Program-made: the position numbers and the translations under genes | In this document: positions 33,733 through 43,106 of the stretch, one piece after another | How the letters are laid out: every line of letters begins with the position of its first letter | How positions within the stretch are numbered: position 1 is the stretch's first letter | The notes under the pieces: model-generated | What the model was told of the DNA's origin: nothing | The model's input: the letters and a program-made list of their open reading frames with translations, nothing else | Databases searched by the model: none | Assembly: GCA_963815445.1 (NCBI GenBank) | Contig: CAWFGV010000004.1 | Location: 121,346 to 185,345 of the forward strand | Reading direction: 5' to 3' | DNA: 64,000 nt | Source: an uncultured Actinomycetota bacterium | GTDB lineage: Bacteria > Actinomycetota > Actinomycetes > Propionibacteriales > Nocardioidaceae

Positions 33733-35195
33733 ACAAGCCTATCCGCACGCTCGCCATCGGCTGTCTGCTCCTGTTCGGCCTGCTGCTCATCAACATCAAC
33801 TACGTGCAGGTCATCGAGGCGAGCTCGCTCAACGACAACAACACGAACAAGCGCGCTCGCGACGCCGAGTGCTCCCGTGACCGGGGACCGATCCTTGTCG
33901 ACGGCGAGACGGTTGCTCGCAGCGTACCGAGCAAAGACAGCCTGAAGTTCCGACGGAGCTACAGCCAGTGGCCGCTGTACGCGAACCTCACCGGCTTCTT
34001 CTCGTGCGTGTTCGGCACCACCAGCATCGAGAACACCGAGAACTCCATCCTCTCCGGAAGCGACGAGCGGCTCTTCGTCAACCGGATCATCGACCTGGTC
34101 GGCAACAACCAGCCCAAGGGCGGAAGCGTCCTCCTCACCATCGACCCGAAGGCTCAGCAGGCCGCGCTCGACGGGCTCCAGAACCTCACGAAGCAGTACG
34201 GTCCGACCAGAGGAGCCGTCGTGGCTCTGGACCCCAAGACCGGGGCGATCCTGGCGATGGTCACCCAGCCGACGTACAACCCGAACCTGATCGCCACCCA
34301 CAACGTGCCGGCCGCCACGCGCGCCTACAAGTCGATCTTCAACGCCTCCGACAACCGCGCTCTCAACCGCGCAGCACAGCAGATCTACCCGCCGGGGTCG
34401 ACCTTCAAGCTGATCACCTCCGCCGCGGCGCTCAGCAACGGCTACACGCCGGACTCGATGGTGAAGGGTGGGACGACCTTCCGCCTCCCTGGGTCGAGCG
34501 ACAGCATCCACAACGAGAACGGCTCCAACTGCGGCGGCAACGAGATCACGCTCAGGGATGCCTTGAGAGTGTCGTGCAACGTCTCGTACGCCGATCTGGG
34601 CGTGAAGCTCGGCGCCGACACCTTGCAGGCCCAGGCCGAGAAGTTCGGCTTCAACGAGGACGTGCTGAACGAGCTGCCGTCAGCGACCAGCAAGTTCCCG
34701 ACCAGCATCGACGAGGCCCAGACGGCGCTGTCGGCCATCGGCCAGTACGAAGTCGCGGCGTCTCCGCTGCAGATGGCGATGGTGGCTGCCGGGATCGCCA
34801 ACGGCGGCGCGGTGATGAAGCCCTACATCGTCCAACAGGTGCGTTCGCCCGATCTCGACGTGCTCGACGAGGCCCAGCCCCAGGTCCTGAGCCAAGCCGT
34901 CTCCGGATCGGTGGCAGACCAGCTGACACAGATGATGGTCGACGTCGTCGACTCCGGCACGGGCACCAACGTGCAGATCCCCAACATCTCCGTCGCCGGC
35001 AAGACAGGCACCGCCAACTCGTCGGTCTCAAGGTCGCCGTACGCATGGATGGTCACGTTCGCGCCGGCGGACAACCCGCAGGTCGCGGTGGCAGCGCTGG
35101 TCGAGCAGACGGGCATCAACCGCGCCGACGTCACCGGAAACGGGCTGGCCGGGCCGATCGCCAAGGCCGTGATGGAGGCGGTGATCAACCGATGA
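33729..35195 (+). CDS. pbpA: Penicillin-binding protein A (class B transpeptidase)
   Basis: N-terminal TM anchor, active-site STFK in PPGSTFKLIT, and KTGTA near the C-terminus. The ATG overlaps the rodA stop (ATGA). Confidence 0.9.
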   Translation: MNKPIRTLAIGCLLLFGLLLININYVQVIEASSLNDNNTNKRARDAECSRDRGPILVDGETVARSVPSKDSLKFRRSYSQWPLYANLTGFFSCVFGTTSIENTENSILSGSDERLFVNRIIDLVGNNQPKGGSVLLTIDPKAQQAALDGLQNLTKQYGPTRGAVVALDPKTGAILAMVTQPTYNPNLIATHNVPAATRAYKSIFNASDNRALNRAAQQIYPPGSTFKLITSAAALSNGYTPDSMVKGGTTFRLPGSSDSIHNENGSNCGGNEITLRDALRVSCNVSYADLGVKLGADTLQAQAEKFGFNEDVLNELPSATSKFPTSIDEAQTALSAIGQYEVAASPLQMAMVAAGIANGGAVMKPYIVQQVRSPDLDVLDEAQPQVLSQAVSGSVADQLTQMMVDVVDSGTGTNVQIPNISVAGKTGTANSSVSRSPYAWMVTFAPADNPQVAVAALVEQTGINRADVTGNGLAGPIAKAVMEAVINR

Positions 35196-36541
35196 CGGCA
35201 GTCGGAAATGGTCGCTACTTACTCGAAACACGCATCGCGGCAGGCGGCATGGGCGAAGTCTGGCGAGGCACCGACACCTCGCTCGGGCGAACCGTCGCCA
35301 TCAAGGTCCTGCGGTCGGACGTCTCCGACGACGAGAAGTTCCGGCAACGGTTTGCCGCTGAGGCGCAGTACGCCGCATCGCTTCATGATCCCCACATCGC
35401 CACGGTCTTCGACTTCGGCGACGACGTCGATGCGGCCACGGGTCGGCACTCGACCTACCTGGTGATGGAGTTCGTCGACGGTGTGCCGCTGTCCGACGCC
35501 ATGTCGGAACCGATGGAACCCCAACGTGCCGCGGACCTGATTGGCCAAGCGGCGCAGGGGTTGGCCGCCGCCCATGCGGCCGGCATCGTGCATCGTGACG
35601 TCAAGCCGGCCAACTTCATCGTGCGCCGGGACGGCCGGGTCAAGATCACCGACTTCGGGATCTCCCGCGCCCGCGGCTCCGCGTCGCTCACCGACACCGG
35701 CACGATCATGGGAACCCCGCACTATCTCGCCCCCGAGGTCGCCGAAGGTCGGGAAGCGACACCGGCCAGCGACGTCTACTCGCTCGGTGTCGTGCTCTTC
35801 GAGGCACTGACGGCACTCAAGCCGTTCGAGGGAGAAACCCCGATCGCCATCGCGCTGGCCCATCTGCGCAGCGACCCACGCCCCTTGCCGGAGACGGTCC
35901 CGCCCGCACTGCGCTCGATCACCGAGTCGGCGATGGCGCGGGAACCGATGGCGCGACCAGCGAGCGCCGCAGCCATGGGGGCAGCCCTGCAGACCTTCCT
36001 CGACGAACATGACCGAGCCGTGCGACCGGTGCCGGCTGATCCCGCCCCCACCCAGGTGCTGCCGGCCGGGCAAGCCGCTACAGCCCACCGCATCGAGGCA
36101 ACCGGAGACACGAGGTGGCGCGCCTGGCTGCCGTTGGCTGTGGGCATTGCCACCGTGCTCCTCGTCGTGGGTGTGGTGTACGCCGTGCAGAGCGGCGACG
36201 GCGCAGCGAGCAGGGCCACCGGGGCCAACCAGCTCGGCGCACAGCAGCGCCAACCCGTGAGGGCCAAAATCACGCCGAGCACTGCCGCAGACCCGACGAC
36301 CGTCACGGTCGACCCGGGCGACTATGTCGACCAACCAGCCGGTGATGCCGAAAAGCAGCTCAAGGCCCTCGGCTTCGACATCCACAAGCGAGACGTCAGC
36401 GGTGGCGAGAAGGGTCTGGTCGCGGCGGTCAGGCCCTCCGGTGAGGTCCCGGCGGGTCATCAGGTCACGCTGTCCGTCTACAGCGGCGATCCGCCACCTC
36501 ACGATCACGGCAAACCCAAGCACAAGCCCGAGGAGGACTGA
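35192..36541 (+). CDS. pknA: Ser/Thr protein kinase (PknA position) with TM helix and one PASTA-like extracellular domain
   Basis: ATG 35192 overlaps the pbpA stop (ATGA). GRYLLETRIAAGGMGEVWRG, AIKVL, HRDVKPANF, DFGISR and GTPHYLAPE. The 857-aa track ORF 33968..36541 is shadow upstream of 35192. Confidence 0.85.
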   Translation: MTAVGNGRYLLETRIAAGGMGEVWRGTDTSLGRTVAIKVLRSDVSDDEKFRQRFAAEAQYAASLHDPHIATVFDFGDDVDAATGRHSTYLVMEFVDGVPLSDAMSEPMEPQRAADLIGQAAQGLAAAHAAGIVHRDVKPANFIVRRDGRVKITDFGISRARGSASLTDTGTIMGTPHYLAPEVAEGREATPASDVYSLGVVLFEALTALKPFEGETPIAIALAHLRSDPRPLPETVPPALRSITESAMAREPMARPASAAAMGAALQTFLDEHDRAVRPVPADPAPTQVLPAGQAATAHRIEATGDTRWRAWLPLAVGIATVLLVVGVVYAVQSGDGAASRATGANQLGAQQRQPVRAKITPSTAADPTTVTVDPGDYVDQPAGDAEKQLKALGFDIHKRDVSGGEKGLVAAVRPSGEVPAGHQVTLSVYSGDPPPHDHGKPKHKPEED

Positions 36542-36544
36542 CCG

Positions 36545-38317
36545 GTGGACATGGACAAGACCATGATCGGCAACGGTCGGTACGAGCTGTCCGGACTGCT
36601 CGGACGCGGCGGCATGGCCGAGGTGCGGCGCGCCCAGGACCTGCGGCTCGGTCGTACGGTCGCGATCAAGCGGCTGCGGGTCGACCTGGCGAGCGATCCC
36701 ACGTTCCAGGCCCGGTTCCGCCGCGAGGCCCAGTCGGCGGCCTCGTTGAACCACCCCACGATCGTGTCGGTCTACGACACCGGCGAGGAAGAGGCCACGG
36801 ACGGTTCCGGCCTGATGCTGCCGTACATCGTCATGGAGCACGTCGAGGGCCGGACGCTGCGCGACATCCTCCGCGAAGGGCGCAAGATCCTGCCCGAGCG
36901 CGCCCTCGAGATCACCAGCGCGGTGCTCGACGCGCTCGACTACAGCCACCGCGCCGGGATCATCCACCGTGACATCAAGCCGGCCAACGTCATGCTGACC
37001 CCCGCCGGCGACGTCAAGGTGATGGACTTCGGGATCGCTCGCGCGATCGCCGACTCGTCGGCGACCATGACGCAGACGGCGGCCGTGGTCGGCACGGCGC
37101 AGTACCTGTCCCCGGAGCAGGCCCGCGGTGAGCAGGTCGACGCACGCAGCGACCTGTACTCCACCGGCTGTCTGCTGTTCGAGCTGCTGACCGGTCGTCC
37201 GCCCTTCATCGGCGACTCACCGGTCTCGGTGGCCTACCAGCATGTCCGCGAGGAGGCGATGGCCCCTTCGTCGCTCGACCCCGAGATCTCACCCGCCATC
37301 GACGCCATCACGCTCAAGGCGCTCGCGAAGTCGGTCGACCAGCGCTACCAGAGCGCATCGGAGATGCGCGCCGACATCGGGCGGGCCCTCGAGGGTCGTT
37401 CGGTGCTGGCGCCCGCCGTGCTCGGTGGCGAGGAGACTCAGCAGTTCCTGCCACCACCGGCGGCTGACCCGACCCCGACCGTGGTCACCCCTGCCTATGT
37501 CACCGAGGAGCAGGAGGAACCGCGTCGCCGGACAGCGTTGTGGGTGACGCTCGGGCTGTTGGCCCTGGCGGCCATCGTGATCGCGCTCATCGCCTTCTTC
37601 AACACCGGCGGCGGGACACCGCCCCAGACCCAGGTGCCGAACCTGGTGGGCAAGTCGCTGACGCAGGCCGAGAAGCTGATCAAGGACGCGAACCTGGCGG
37701 TCGGGAAGGAGACCCCGGAGAACAGCGACACGGTTCCCAAGGACCAGGTGCTGCGCCAGAGCGAGACGCCCGGCTCGACCATCGACGAGGGCACCGCGGT
37801 GGATCTCGTCTACTCAGGCGGTCAGCAGAAGGCCATCGTTCCCGACGTGAGCGGCAAGACGCTCACGCAGGCGACTCAGATCCTCGAGGATCGCAAGTTC
37901 CAGGTGACCCCGGTCGAGGACAACCAGAGTGACCAGCGCAAGAACCAGGTGACGCGCACGGACCCGAGCCCCGGCATCCGGCTGCCCGTCGGGTCCGAGG
38001 TCAAGGTCTACTACTCCACCGGCTTCCGCGACGTTCCCTCCGTCGTCGGCGCCACCGTGGACGCCGCGAAGCAGACCTTGACGGACGCCGGCTTCGTACC
38101 CGTCACCTCCGACATCGCCTCCGACCTGCCGAAGGGACAGGTTGTGAGCCAGGACCCGAACGGCGGGAAGGCACCTTACGGGTCGACCGTCGTCATCCAG
38201 GTTTCGCTGGGGCCGACCCAGACCACGCCCACGGACACCACCCCGACCGACACGACCTCGACGACCTCGACGACCAGCACGACCTCGACGACCTCGACGA
38301 CCAGCACGACGCCGTAG
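36545..38317 (+). CDS. pknB: Ser/Thr protein kinase PknB with three PASTA domains and a Thr-rich tail
   Basis: GRYELSGLLGRGGMAEVRRA, AIKRL, HRDIKPANV, DFGIARA and GTAQYLSPEQ. A TM helix (ALWVTLGLLALAAIVIALIAFF) and three PASTA-like units follow (VPNLVGKSL..., VPDVSGKTL..., VPSVVGATV...). Confidence 0.9.
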   Translation: MDMDKTMIGNGRYELSGLLGRGGMAEVRRAQDLRLGRTVAIKRLRVDLASDPTFQARFRREAQSAASLNHPTIVSVYDTGEEEATDGSGLMLPYIVMEHVEGRTLRDILREGRKILPERALEITSAVLDALDYSHRAGIIHRDIKPANVMLTPAGDVKVMDFGIARAIADSSATMTQTAAVVGTAQYLSPEQARGEQVDARSDLYSTGCLLFELLTGRPPFIGDSPVSVAYQHVREEAMAPSSLDPEISPAIDAITLKALAKSVDQRYQSASEMRADIGRALEGRSVLAPAVLGGEETQQFLPPPAADPTPTVVTPAYVTEEQEEPRRRTALWVTLGLLALAAIVIALIAFFNTGGGTPPQTQVPNLVGKSLTQAEKLIKDANLAVGKETPENSDTVPKDQVLRQSETPGSTIDEGTAVDLVYSGGQQKAIVPDVSGKTLTQATQILEDRKFQVTPVEDNQSDQRKNQVTRTDPSPGIRLPVGSEVKVYYSTGFRDVPSVVGATVDAAKQTLTDAGFVPVTSDIASDLPKGQVVSQDPNGGKAPYGSTVVIQVSLGPTQTTPTDTTPTDTTSTTSTTSTTSTTSTTSTTP

Positions 38318-38350
38318 CCGGCGCGATGGCGTGCGCCCGCAGTCAGGGCC

Positions 38351-39085
38351 TCAGCCCGTGGCCGGCGTGGCGTAGCGCAGCGTGATGGGCTGGGTGTACG
38401 CCGGCACGTCGACGCGGGGCTCGTCGCGCAGCTGCCATCCCAGGTTGTACGGCGGGAGGGTGTAGCCGCGGTAGTCCTGGACGCCCGGCGACGCGCTGAG
38501 TGCGGTGTACATCGCGGTCGGGCTGCCGACGGCGACGATCTCGTACGGCGGCGCGTACGGAACACCTTGCAACCGGACCGTGTTGCCGACGCACTTGATC
38601 CCGGTCGTGGCAATGATGCGCTGCCCCTGCAGCGAGATGCCTTCGGCGCCGCCGGCCCACAGCGCGTTGATGACCGCCTGCAGGTCCTGCTGGTGCACGA
38701 CGAGGAGGTTCGGGTCGGTGCCGTCCGGCGCAGCCTGGTCCAGGGGAGCGTCGTCGAGGGTGACGACCAGTCCCGGCCCGGCCAGAGCCTGCATCCCTGC
38801 CGGTCCGGCCAGCCGGTCGACGCGGCGCTTGATCTGGTTGACCTCGGGGTCGTTCACGAGCTTGGTCAGCGCATCGATGTCGGTCTGGACCGCGGCTGCC
38901 TGCGCACGCAGCTGGGTGACGCGTCGGCTCTGGTCCGAGACGACCCCGGCCAGGTCGTTGTTGCGTCCGCCCCGCAGGTCGGTCCCCTTGGCATTGACCA
39001 TGCTGGTCGTGGCAAGCAGCCCGGCGGCGGCGAAGGCTACCGGCACGGCGATCCGCCAGCGCAGCGGCGAACGGTGGTCGGACAC
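38351..39085 (-). CDS. DUF881 domain-containing membrane protein (Rv0012 position)
   Basis: Frame of track ORF 38351..39199. Likely GTG start at 39085 (VSDHRSPLRWRIAVPVAFAAAGLLA, a TM helix). A coiled region follows, then GPGLVVTLDD, LVVHQQDLQAVINALWAGGAEGISLQGQR and VGNTVRLQG. Confidence 0.75.
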   Translation of the reverse strand: MSDHRSPLRWRIAVPVAFAAAGLLATTSMVNAKGTDLRGGRNNDLAGVVSDQSRRVTQLRAQAAAVQTDIDALTKLVNDPEVNQIKRRVDRLAGPAGMQALAGPGLVVTLDDAPLDQAAPDGTDPNLLVVHQQDLQAVINALWAGGAEGISLQGQRIIATTGIKCVGNTVRLQGVPYAPPYEIVAVGSPTAMYTALSASPGVQDYRGYTLPPYNLGWQLRDEPRVDVPAYTQPITLRYATPATG

Positions 39086-39251
39086 GGTGCCTTTCCGGGT
39101 GTCTGTCGGGTGCCCATGGGGGGCTTGTCGGTGCTGGGCGTGTGGTGACGGAGGGTGGAACTGTCTCTGAGGGTAGCCGCGTCCCCGCAGCCACCCCAAC
39201 GGTGTACCCGTTAGGCTGACGACGTCGCAGTTCCAGCATCAGGAGACCCAC

Positions 39252-39503
39252 GTGCCCGAATCACGCTCTCGCAAGAAGGCAGAGTTCACGCCGCCCCCGA
39301 CCAGCCGGAAGCCCGCACGCGTGGGTGGTCGGCGTTGGATCGCGCCCGCGATGGTGGGTTGTTGGCTGTTCGGCCTCGCCTGGATCGTCGTGTACTACCT
39401 GGCACCCGACGTGAAGTACATCCGAGACATCGGCAACTGGAACCTCGCCGTCGGCATGGTGTTCATTGCGCTGGGGTTCGTGTTCTCCACGAAGTGGGAG
39501 TAG
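39252..39503 (+). CDS. crgA: Cell division protein CrgA
   Basis: 83 aa, MPESRSRKKAEFTPPPTSRKP, then two TM helices (WIAPAMVGCWLFGLAWIVVYYL, NLAVGMVFIALGFVFSTKW). AGGAG lies 6 nt upstream of the GTG. Confidence 0.9.
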   Translation: MPESRSRKKAEFTPPPTSRKPARVGGRRWIAPAMVGCWLFGLAWIVVYYLAPDVKYIRDIGNWNLAVGMVFIALGFVFSTKWE

Positions 39504-39555
39504 TCCGGCCACACTGCCGCCCGGTCCGGTTCACCCGGCAGCCATCCGCCGGACT
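39502..39555 (+). terminator. Nested hairpin after crgA (possible factor-independent terminator without U-tract)
   Basis: Outer arms AGTCCGGC (39502-39509) / GCCGGACT (39548-39555) and inner arms CTGCCG (39514-39519) / CGGCAG (39536-39541). Confidence 0.35.
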
Positions 39556-39568
39556 TACACGCGTGTAG

Positions 39569-39600
39569 TTCTCCACAGCAGTTATCCCCACTGTGGACAA
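39569..39600. promoter_or_regulatory. Cluster of three DnaA-box-like 9-mers outside oriC
   Basis: TTCTCCACA (39569-39577), TTATCCCCA (39582-39590) and TGTGGACAA (39592-39600). The last is a perfect reverse complement of TTGTCCACA. The cluster lies in the gap between convergent crgA and rhomboid genes. Confidence 0.45.
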
Positions 39601-39640
39601 AGGAGCTCGCCCAGGGGTCTGCTCAGCCGGTCTCGACGCC

Positions 39641-40534
39641 TCAGGTCAGGGCCGCCGTGCGAGCCAGCGTGGCCACCACGAGGATGACGCCGAACGCGAC
39701 CATCATGCTGGCGTGCAGGGTCCGGCGCTGCGCGCGCGGCGCGTACGCGAAGCCGGCGCCCAGCACCAGCCCGGACACCAGGCCACCCAGATGCGCCTGC
39801 CAGGAAACATTGGCGGCGGTGAAGCTGAACACCAGGTTGATGCCGAGCAGCACGAGCAGCTGCGTCACGTCCCGACGTTGCCTCAGCAGGATCACCAGGG
39901 CCGCCCCGAACAACCCGAAGACCGCTCCGGAAGCGCCCAGCGAGGAGCTGTTGACCGGGGAGAGCCAGTACACGGCAACGCTGCCGCCCAGACCCGACAG
40001 CAGGTAGAGCGCCAGGAACCGCCATCGCCCGAGCGCCGACTCCAAGAAGCTGCCGAAGATCCACAACCCGACCATGTTGAGCAGGATGTGCAACGGCGCG
40101 GTGTGCAGGAAGGTCGACGTGAGCAGCTGCCAGTACGAGCCGTCCGCGACGCCGTCGAGGGTGACGAGCTGACCGTTGTCCCGCACGAACACCTGCTGAG
40201 GGATCAGGATGAGGGTGCGGACGAGCGAGCCGTTGATGCCGCCACTGGCGAGCGCAGCGATGAACACCAGCGCGTTGGCCGCGATGAGCCCGATCGTGAC
40301 GGTGTTGGAGCCGTCGGTGACGCGACCGCCGAACGACGTGCGCACCGTCGGGCTCTGCGCCGCCGCCTCCTTGACACATTCAGGGCAGTGGAACCCGACG
40401 GACGCGGACCGCATGCAGTCCGGACAGATCGGGCGTGCGCAGCGCTGGCAGGAGATGTAGGTCTCCCTGTCGGGGTGCCGGTAACAGTGCGGGATCGTCG
40501 CCGCGTCGTTCGCCGGCGTCCCCTCGGCTGTCAC
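39641..40534 (-). CDS. Rhomboid family intramembrane serine protease with N-terminal zinc-ribbon-like Cys motifs
   Basis: CYRHPDRETYISCQRCARPICPDC...FHCPEC at the N-terminus. TFLHTAPLHILLNMVGLW, the catalytic GASGAVFGLFGA, and AHLGGLVSGLVLG. Confidence 0.9.
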   Translation of the reverse strand: MTAEGTPANDAATIPHCYRHPDRETYISCQRCARPICPDCMRSASVGFHCPECVKEAAAQSPTVRTSFGGRVTDGSNTVTIGLIAANALVFIAALASGGINGSLVRTLILIPQQVFVRDNGQLVTLDGVADGSYWQLLTSTFLHTAPLHILLNMVGLWIFGSFLESALGRWRFLALYLLSGLGGSVAVYWLSPVNSSSLGASGAVFGLFGAALVILLRQRRDVTQLLVLLGINLVFSFTAANVSWQAHLGGLVSGLVLGAGFAYAPRAQRRTLHASMMVAFGVILVVATLARTAALT

Positions 40535-40576
40535 GCCACCACCGGGCGGGTGTCCTGGTTCATGGCCGACTCGAGC

Positions 40577-41101
40577 TCAGCGGTGCTCGACGACGACGGA
40601 CTCGATCACGACCGGGTCGGACGGCCTGTCGCCGCGCTCGGTGGACGTGGTGGCGATCTTGTCGACCACGTCACGACCGGCCTGGTCGCTCACCTCACCG
40701 AAGATCGTGTGCTTCATGTTCAGGTGAGGAGTGGGTCCGACCGTGATGAAGAACTGCGAGCCGTTGGTGCCGGGGCCGGCGTTCGCCATCGCGAGCAGGT
40801 AGGGCTTCGAGAACGTCAGCTCGGGGTGGAACTCGTCCTTGAACTGATAGCCCGGACCGCCCGTACCGGTGCCGATCGGGCATCCGCCCTGGATCATGAA
40901 CCCCGTGATGACCCGGTGGAACGTCAGGCCGTCGTAGAACGGCTGACTGCGCGCCTCACCGGTCCGCGGGTCCTTCCACTCCTGGGTCCCTTCAGCGAGC
41001 CCGACGAAGTTCTCGACCGTGGCCGGGGCGTGGTTGGGGAACAACTGCAGCGTGATGTCGCCGCGATTGGTCTTGAGCGTGGCGTAAAGATCGTCAGCCA
41101 C
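40577..41101 (-). CDS. ppiA: Peptidyl-prolyl cis-trans isomerase (cyclophilin type)
   Basis: GTG 41101 gives [36 protein letters not shown], then [15 protein letters not shown] and [17 protein letters not shown]. The 300-aa track ORF has a spurious upstream extension. Confidence 0.9.
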   Translation of the reverse strand: MADDLYATLKTNRGDITLQLFPNHAPATVENFVGLAEGTQEWKDPRTGEARSQPFYDGLTFHRVITGFMIQGGCPIGTGTGGPGYQFKDEFHPELTFSKPYLLAMANAGPGTNGSQFFITVGPTPHLNMKHTIFGEVSDQAGRDVVDKIATTSTERGDRPSDPVVIESVVVEHR

Positions 41102-41337
41102 CAGATCACCTGTTTCTTGATGTCTTGAGTTCTCGAGCTCGCATAGCGCTCGGGGTCCTGTCCATCCTCGCATGGCGGCCAAATGGAACCGAGGCAGCCT
41201 TGGGGCGTACACCGGCTGATGGCCACCGGCGTACGCGGAGGGGCTGCTGTGGTGAAAACGGCGGCGATGGGTAAGAGTAGGAGGCAGCGCCGGACCACCC
41301 GCGCGCGGCCGAAGGACGATCCGAGGAGGACCTGGCT

Positions 41338-41961
41338 GTGGCCTTGCGAACGAAGACGCGACGAGACAAGATCCGCTCCGCCGTCCACGATGCCCGCGAC
41401 AGCGTGCAGCCGGCCGCCGAGTCCACGATCGACAAGCTCGGATCCGCCACCGAACAGCTCGTGTCGAACGTCGCCGCAAGTGTCGGCCCGGCCTTGGAGG
41501 ACGCCCGCGACCGGGTCAGGCCAGCGGTCGAGGATGCCCGCGACCGGCTGGCGCCGATGGTGGACGACGCCCGCGACAAGATCGCTCCCCTCGCCCAGCA
41601 GGCGGTCGTCGAGGGCCGGCGACGTGGCCGCCGCGCCGCCGAGCGCCTGGGTGTCGTCGAGGAGCCCAAGAAGAAGAGCCACAAGCTGCGCAAGCTGCTG
41701 ATCGTGGTCGGGCTCGGTGGGCTGGCTGCCTTCATCTACACGAAGATGACGGGCAAGGACGCCGATCCGGTATGGACGACCGACCGCGATACCGCGGCCG
41801 CCCAGCCTGGCGGCACGTCGACCACGCCGACGGGCGCACACGCGAGCGGACCGACCGACGGCTCCGACACCGCGCCGACAGCACCGCTCGCGTCCGAGGA
41901 GACGGTCGAGTCGCCCACGCCGACCACGCCGGACAAGCCGCTGCGGAAGAAGCAGGTCTGA
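41338..41961 (+). CDS. Single-pass membrane protein with four 11-residue DARD repeats (CwsA-like by position)
   Basis: GAGGAGGA upstream of GTG 41338. Repeats are [33 protein letters not shown] and [11 protein letters not shown] (41386-41595). Then [27 protein letters not shown] (TM helix) and a Thr/Pro-rich tail. The gene is divergent from ppiA. Confidence 0.6.
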   Translation: MALRTKTRRDKIRSAVHDARDSVQPAAESTIDKLGSATEQLVSNVAASVGPALEDARDRVRPAVEDARDRLAPMVDDARDKIAPLAQQAVVEGRRRGRRAAERLGVVEEPKKKSHKLRKLLIVVGLGGLAAFIYTKMTGKDADPVWTTDRDTAAAQPGGTSTTPTGAHASGPTDGSDTAPTAPLASEETVESPTPTTPDKPLRKKQV

Positions 41962-41964
41962 CCC

Positions 41965-42318
41965 TCAGCCGGCAGCGGCGGTCGAGGCCAGTTCGGGATG
42001 CTCGGCTCGCACCCGCCCGGTGGCCTTCCGTTCGCCGTAGAAGCTGAAGAACGGAATCGTCCCGAGCACCAGCACGAGCACGGTGAAGCCGACCGGGAAC
42101 CGCGCCTTGCGCGCGAGCATGGCCGCCATCACGAGGAAGAGCATGTACAGCCAGCCGTGCGCGATGCCGAGGTACATCGTGATCCACTCGCCGAGCTGCT
42201 GGGGGTTCGTTCCGTCGGTCGTCAGGTACTTCAAGGGCACGCCGATGCAGACGAGCACGATCAGCAAGGTGCCGACGACATAGGCCATGACCCGGTAGCG
42301 CAACAGGGCTCCACTCAC
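41965..42318 (-). CDS. DUF3817 domain-containing membrane protein
   Basis: 117 aa. LLRYRVMAYVVGTLLIVLVCIGVPLKY, ...GIAHGWLYMLFLVMAAML..., and GTIPFFSFYGERK. Confidence 0.7.
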   Translation of the reverse strand: MSGALLRYRVMAYVVGTLLIVLVCIGVPLKYLTTDGTNPQQLGEWITMYLGIAHGWLYMLFLVMAAMLARKARFPVGFTVLVLVLGTIPFFSFYGERKATGRVRAEHPELASTAAAG

Positions 42319-42329
42319 GAGCGACGACG

Positions 42330-43106
42330 CTATCCGACGGACCGCGACGGTTCGTCATCGGTGTCCGGCCGCGATCTCGCCATCGTCTGCTCGGCGGCAT
42401 CCACTCGGTCCACACTGCTCAGGTCAGCGACAATGCGCCACCACATGAACCCGACGAACCCGGCGAACACCCACCACTGGATGGCGTAGAGCAGGTTGCG
42501 GATGCCGGCCCAGCGGGACGGGTGCGGGAACGGCGCCTGGACCGGCGTCAGGCTGTCCTCCGGCTTGCTCGAGCTCCGTACGACGTAACCGGCGTAGAGG
42601 TCTCGGTCGAAGTCCTGGACGAGAGTGGCGATGCGGATCCCATCGGTGGTGCGGTCACCAGCAAGGCCTCGGCCGGTCGTGTCCGAGGGCTCCAGCACGC
42701 CGGTCACGGTGACCTGTCCGGACGGCGGAGGTGCGGCGGTGCGCGGGTCTCCCTGGCCCCGGACGACGAGGATCAGTGACCCGGTGGGCGTCTCGAGCGG
42801 CGCGACGACCGCCCGAGAAACGTCGAGGGTGGCGCCGCCCCGGACCTCGAACTGCTGGTCGGAGACGTAACGGCCGGTGACGTTGACGGGGCGGACACCG
42901 TTACCCGGGAAGGCGTCGTCGGGTCCCAGCAGCTGATCGAGGGGCACGGGCGGACGGGCCAGCAGCTGGGACTCTGCGTCATCGTGCTGCTGGTCGTCGT
43001 ACACTCCGAGCTGCCAGAGCCCGAGGACGACCATGGCGACCATCAGCACCAGCGCCACAATGCCCAGGCCCAGTGCCCGCCAGGTGAAGAGCTGGCGGAT
43101 CGTCAT
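42330..43106 (-). CDS. SURF1-like protein
   Basis: N-terminal TM helix with [11 protein letters not shown], a central periplasmic part, and C-terminal [17 protein letters not shown]. Confidence 0.8.
   Translation of the reverse strand: MTIRQLFTWRALGLGIVALVLMVAMVVLGLWQLGVYDDQQHDDAESQLLARPPVPLDQLLGPDDAFPGNGVRPVNVTGRYVSDQQFEVRGGATLDVSRAVVAPLETPTGSLILVVRGQGDPRTAAPPPSGQVTVTGVLEPSDTTGRGLAGDRTTDGIRIATLVQDFDRDLYAGYVVRSSSKPEDSLTPVQAPFPHPSRWAGIRNLLYAIQWWVFAGFVGFMWWRIVADLSSVDRVDAAEQTMARSRPDTDDEPSRSVG

Noticed and set aside
33968-35191. Upstream part of the 857-aa ORF 33968..36541
   Set aside because: It is an out-of-frame overlap with pbpA and reads as Arg-rich junk. The kinase starts at ATG 35192, overlapping the pbpA stop.
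38343-39251. 302-aa ORF overlapping the DUF881 gene on the same strand in another frame
   Set aside because: Its product is Arg/Pro/Ala-rich and featureless. The 38351..39199 frame gives a TM helix and DUF881-like conserved blocks.
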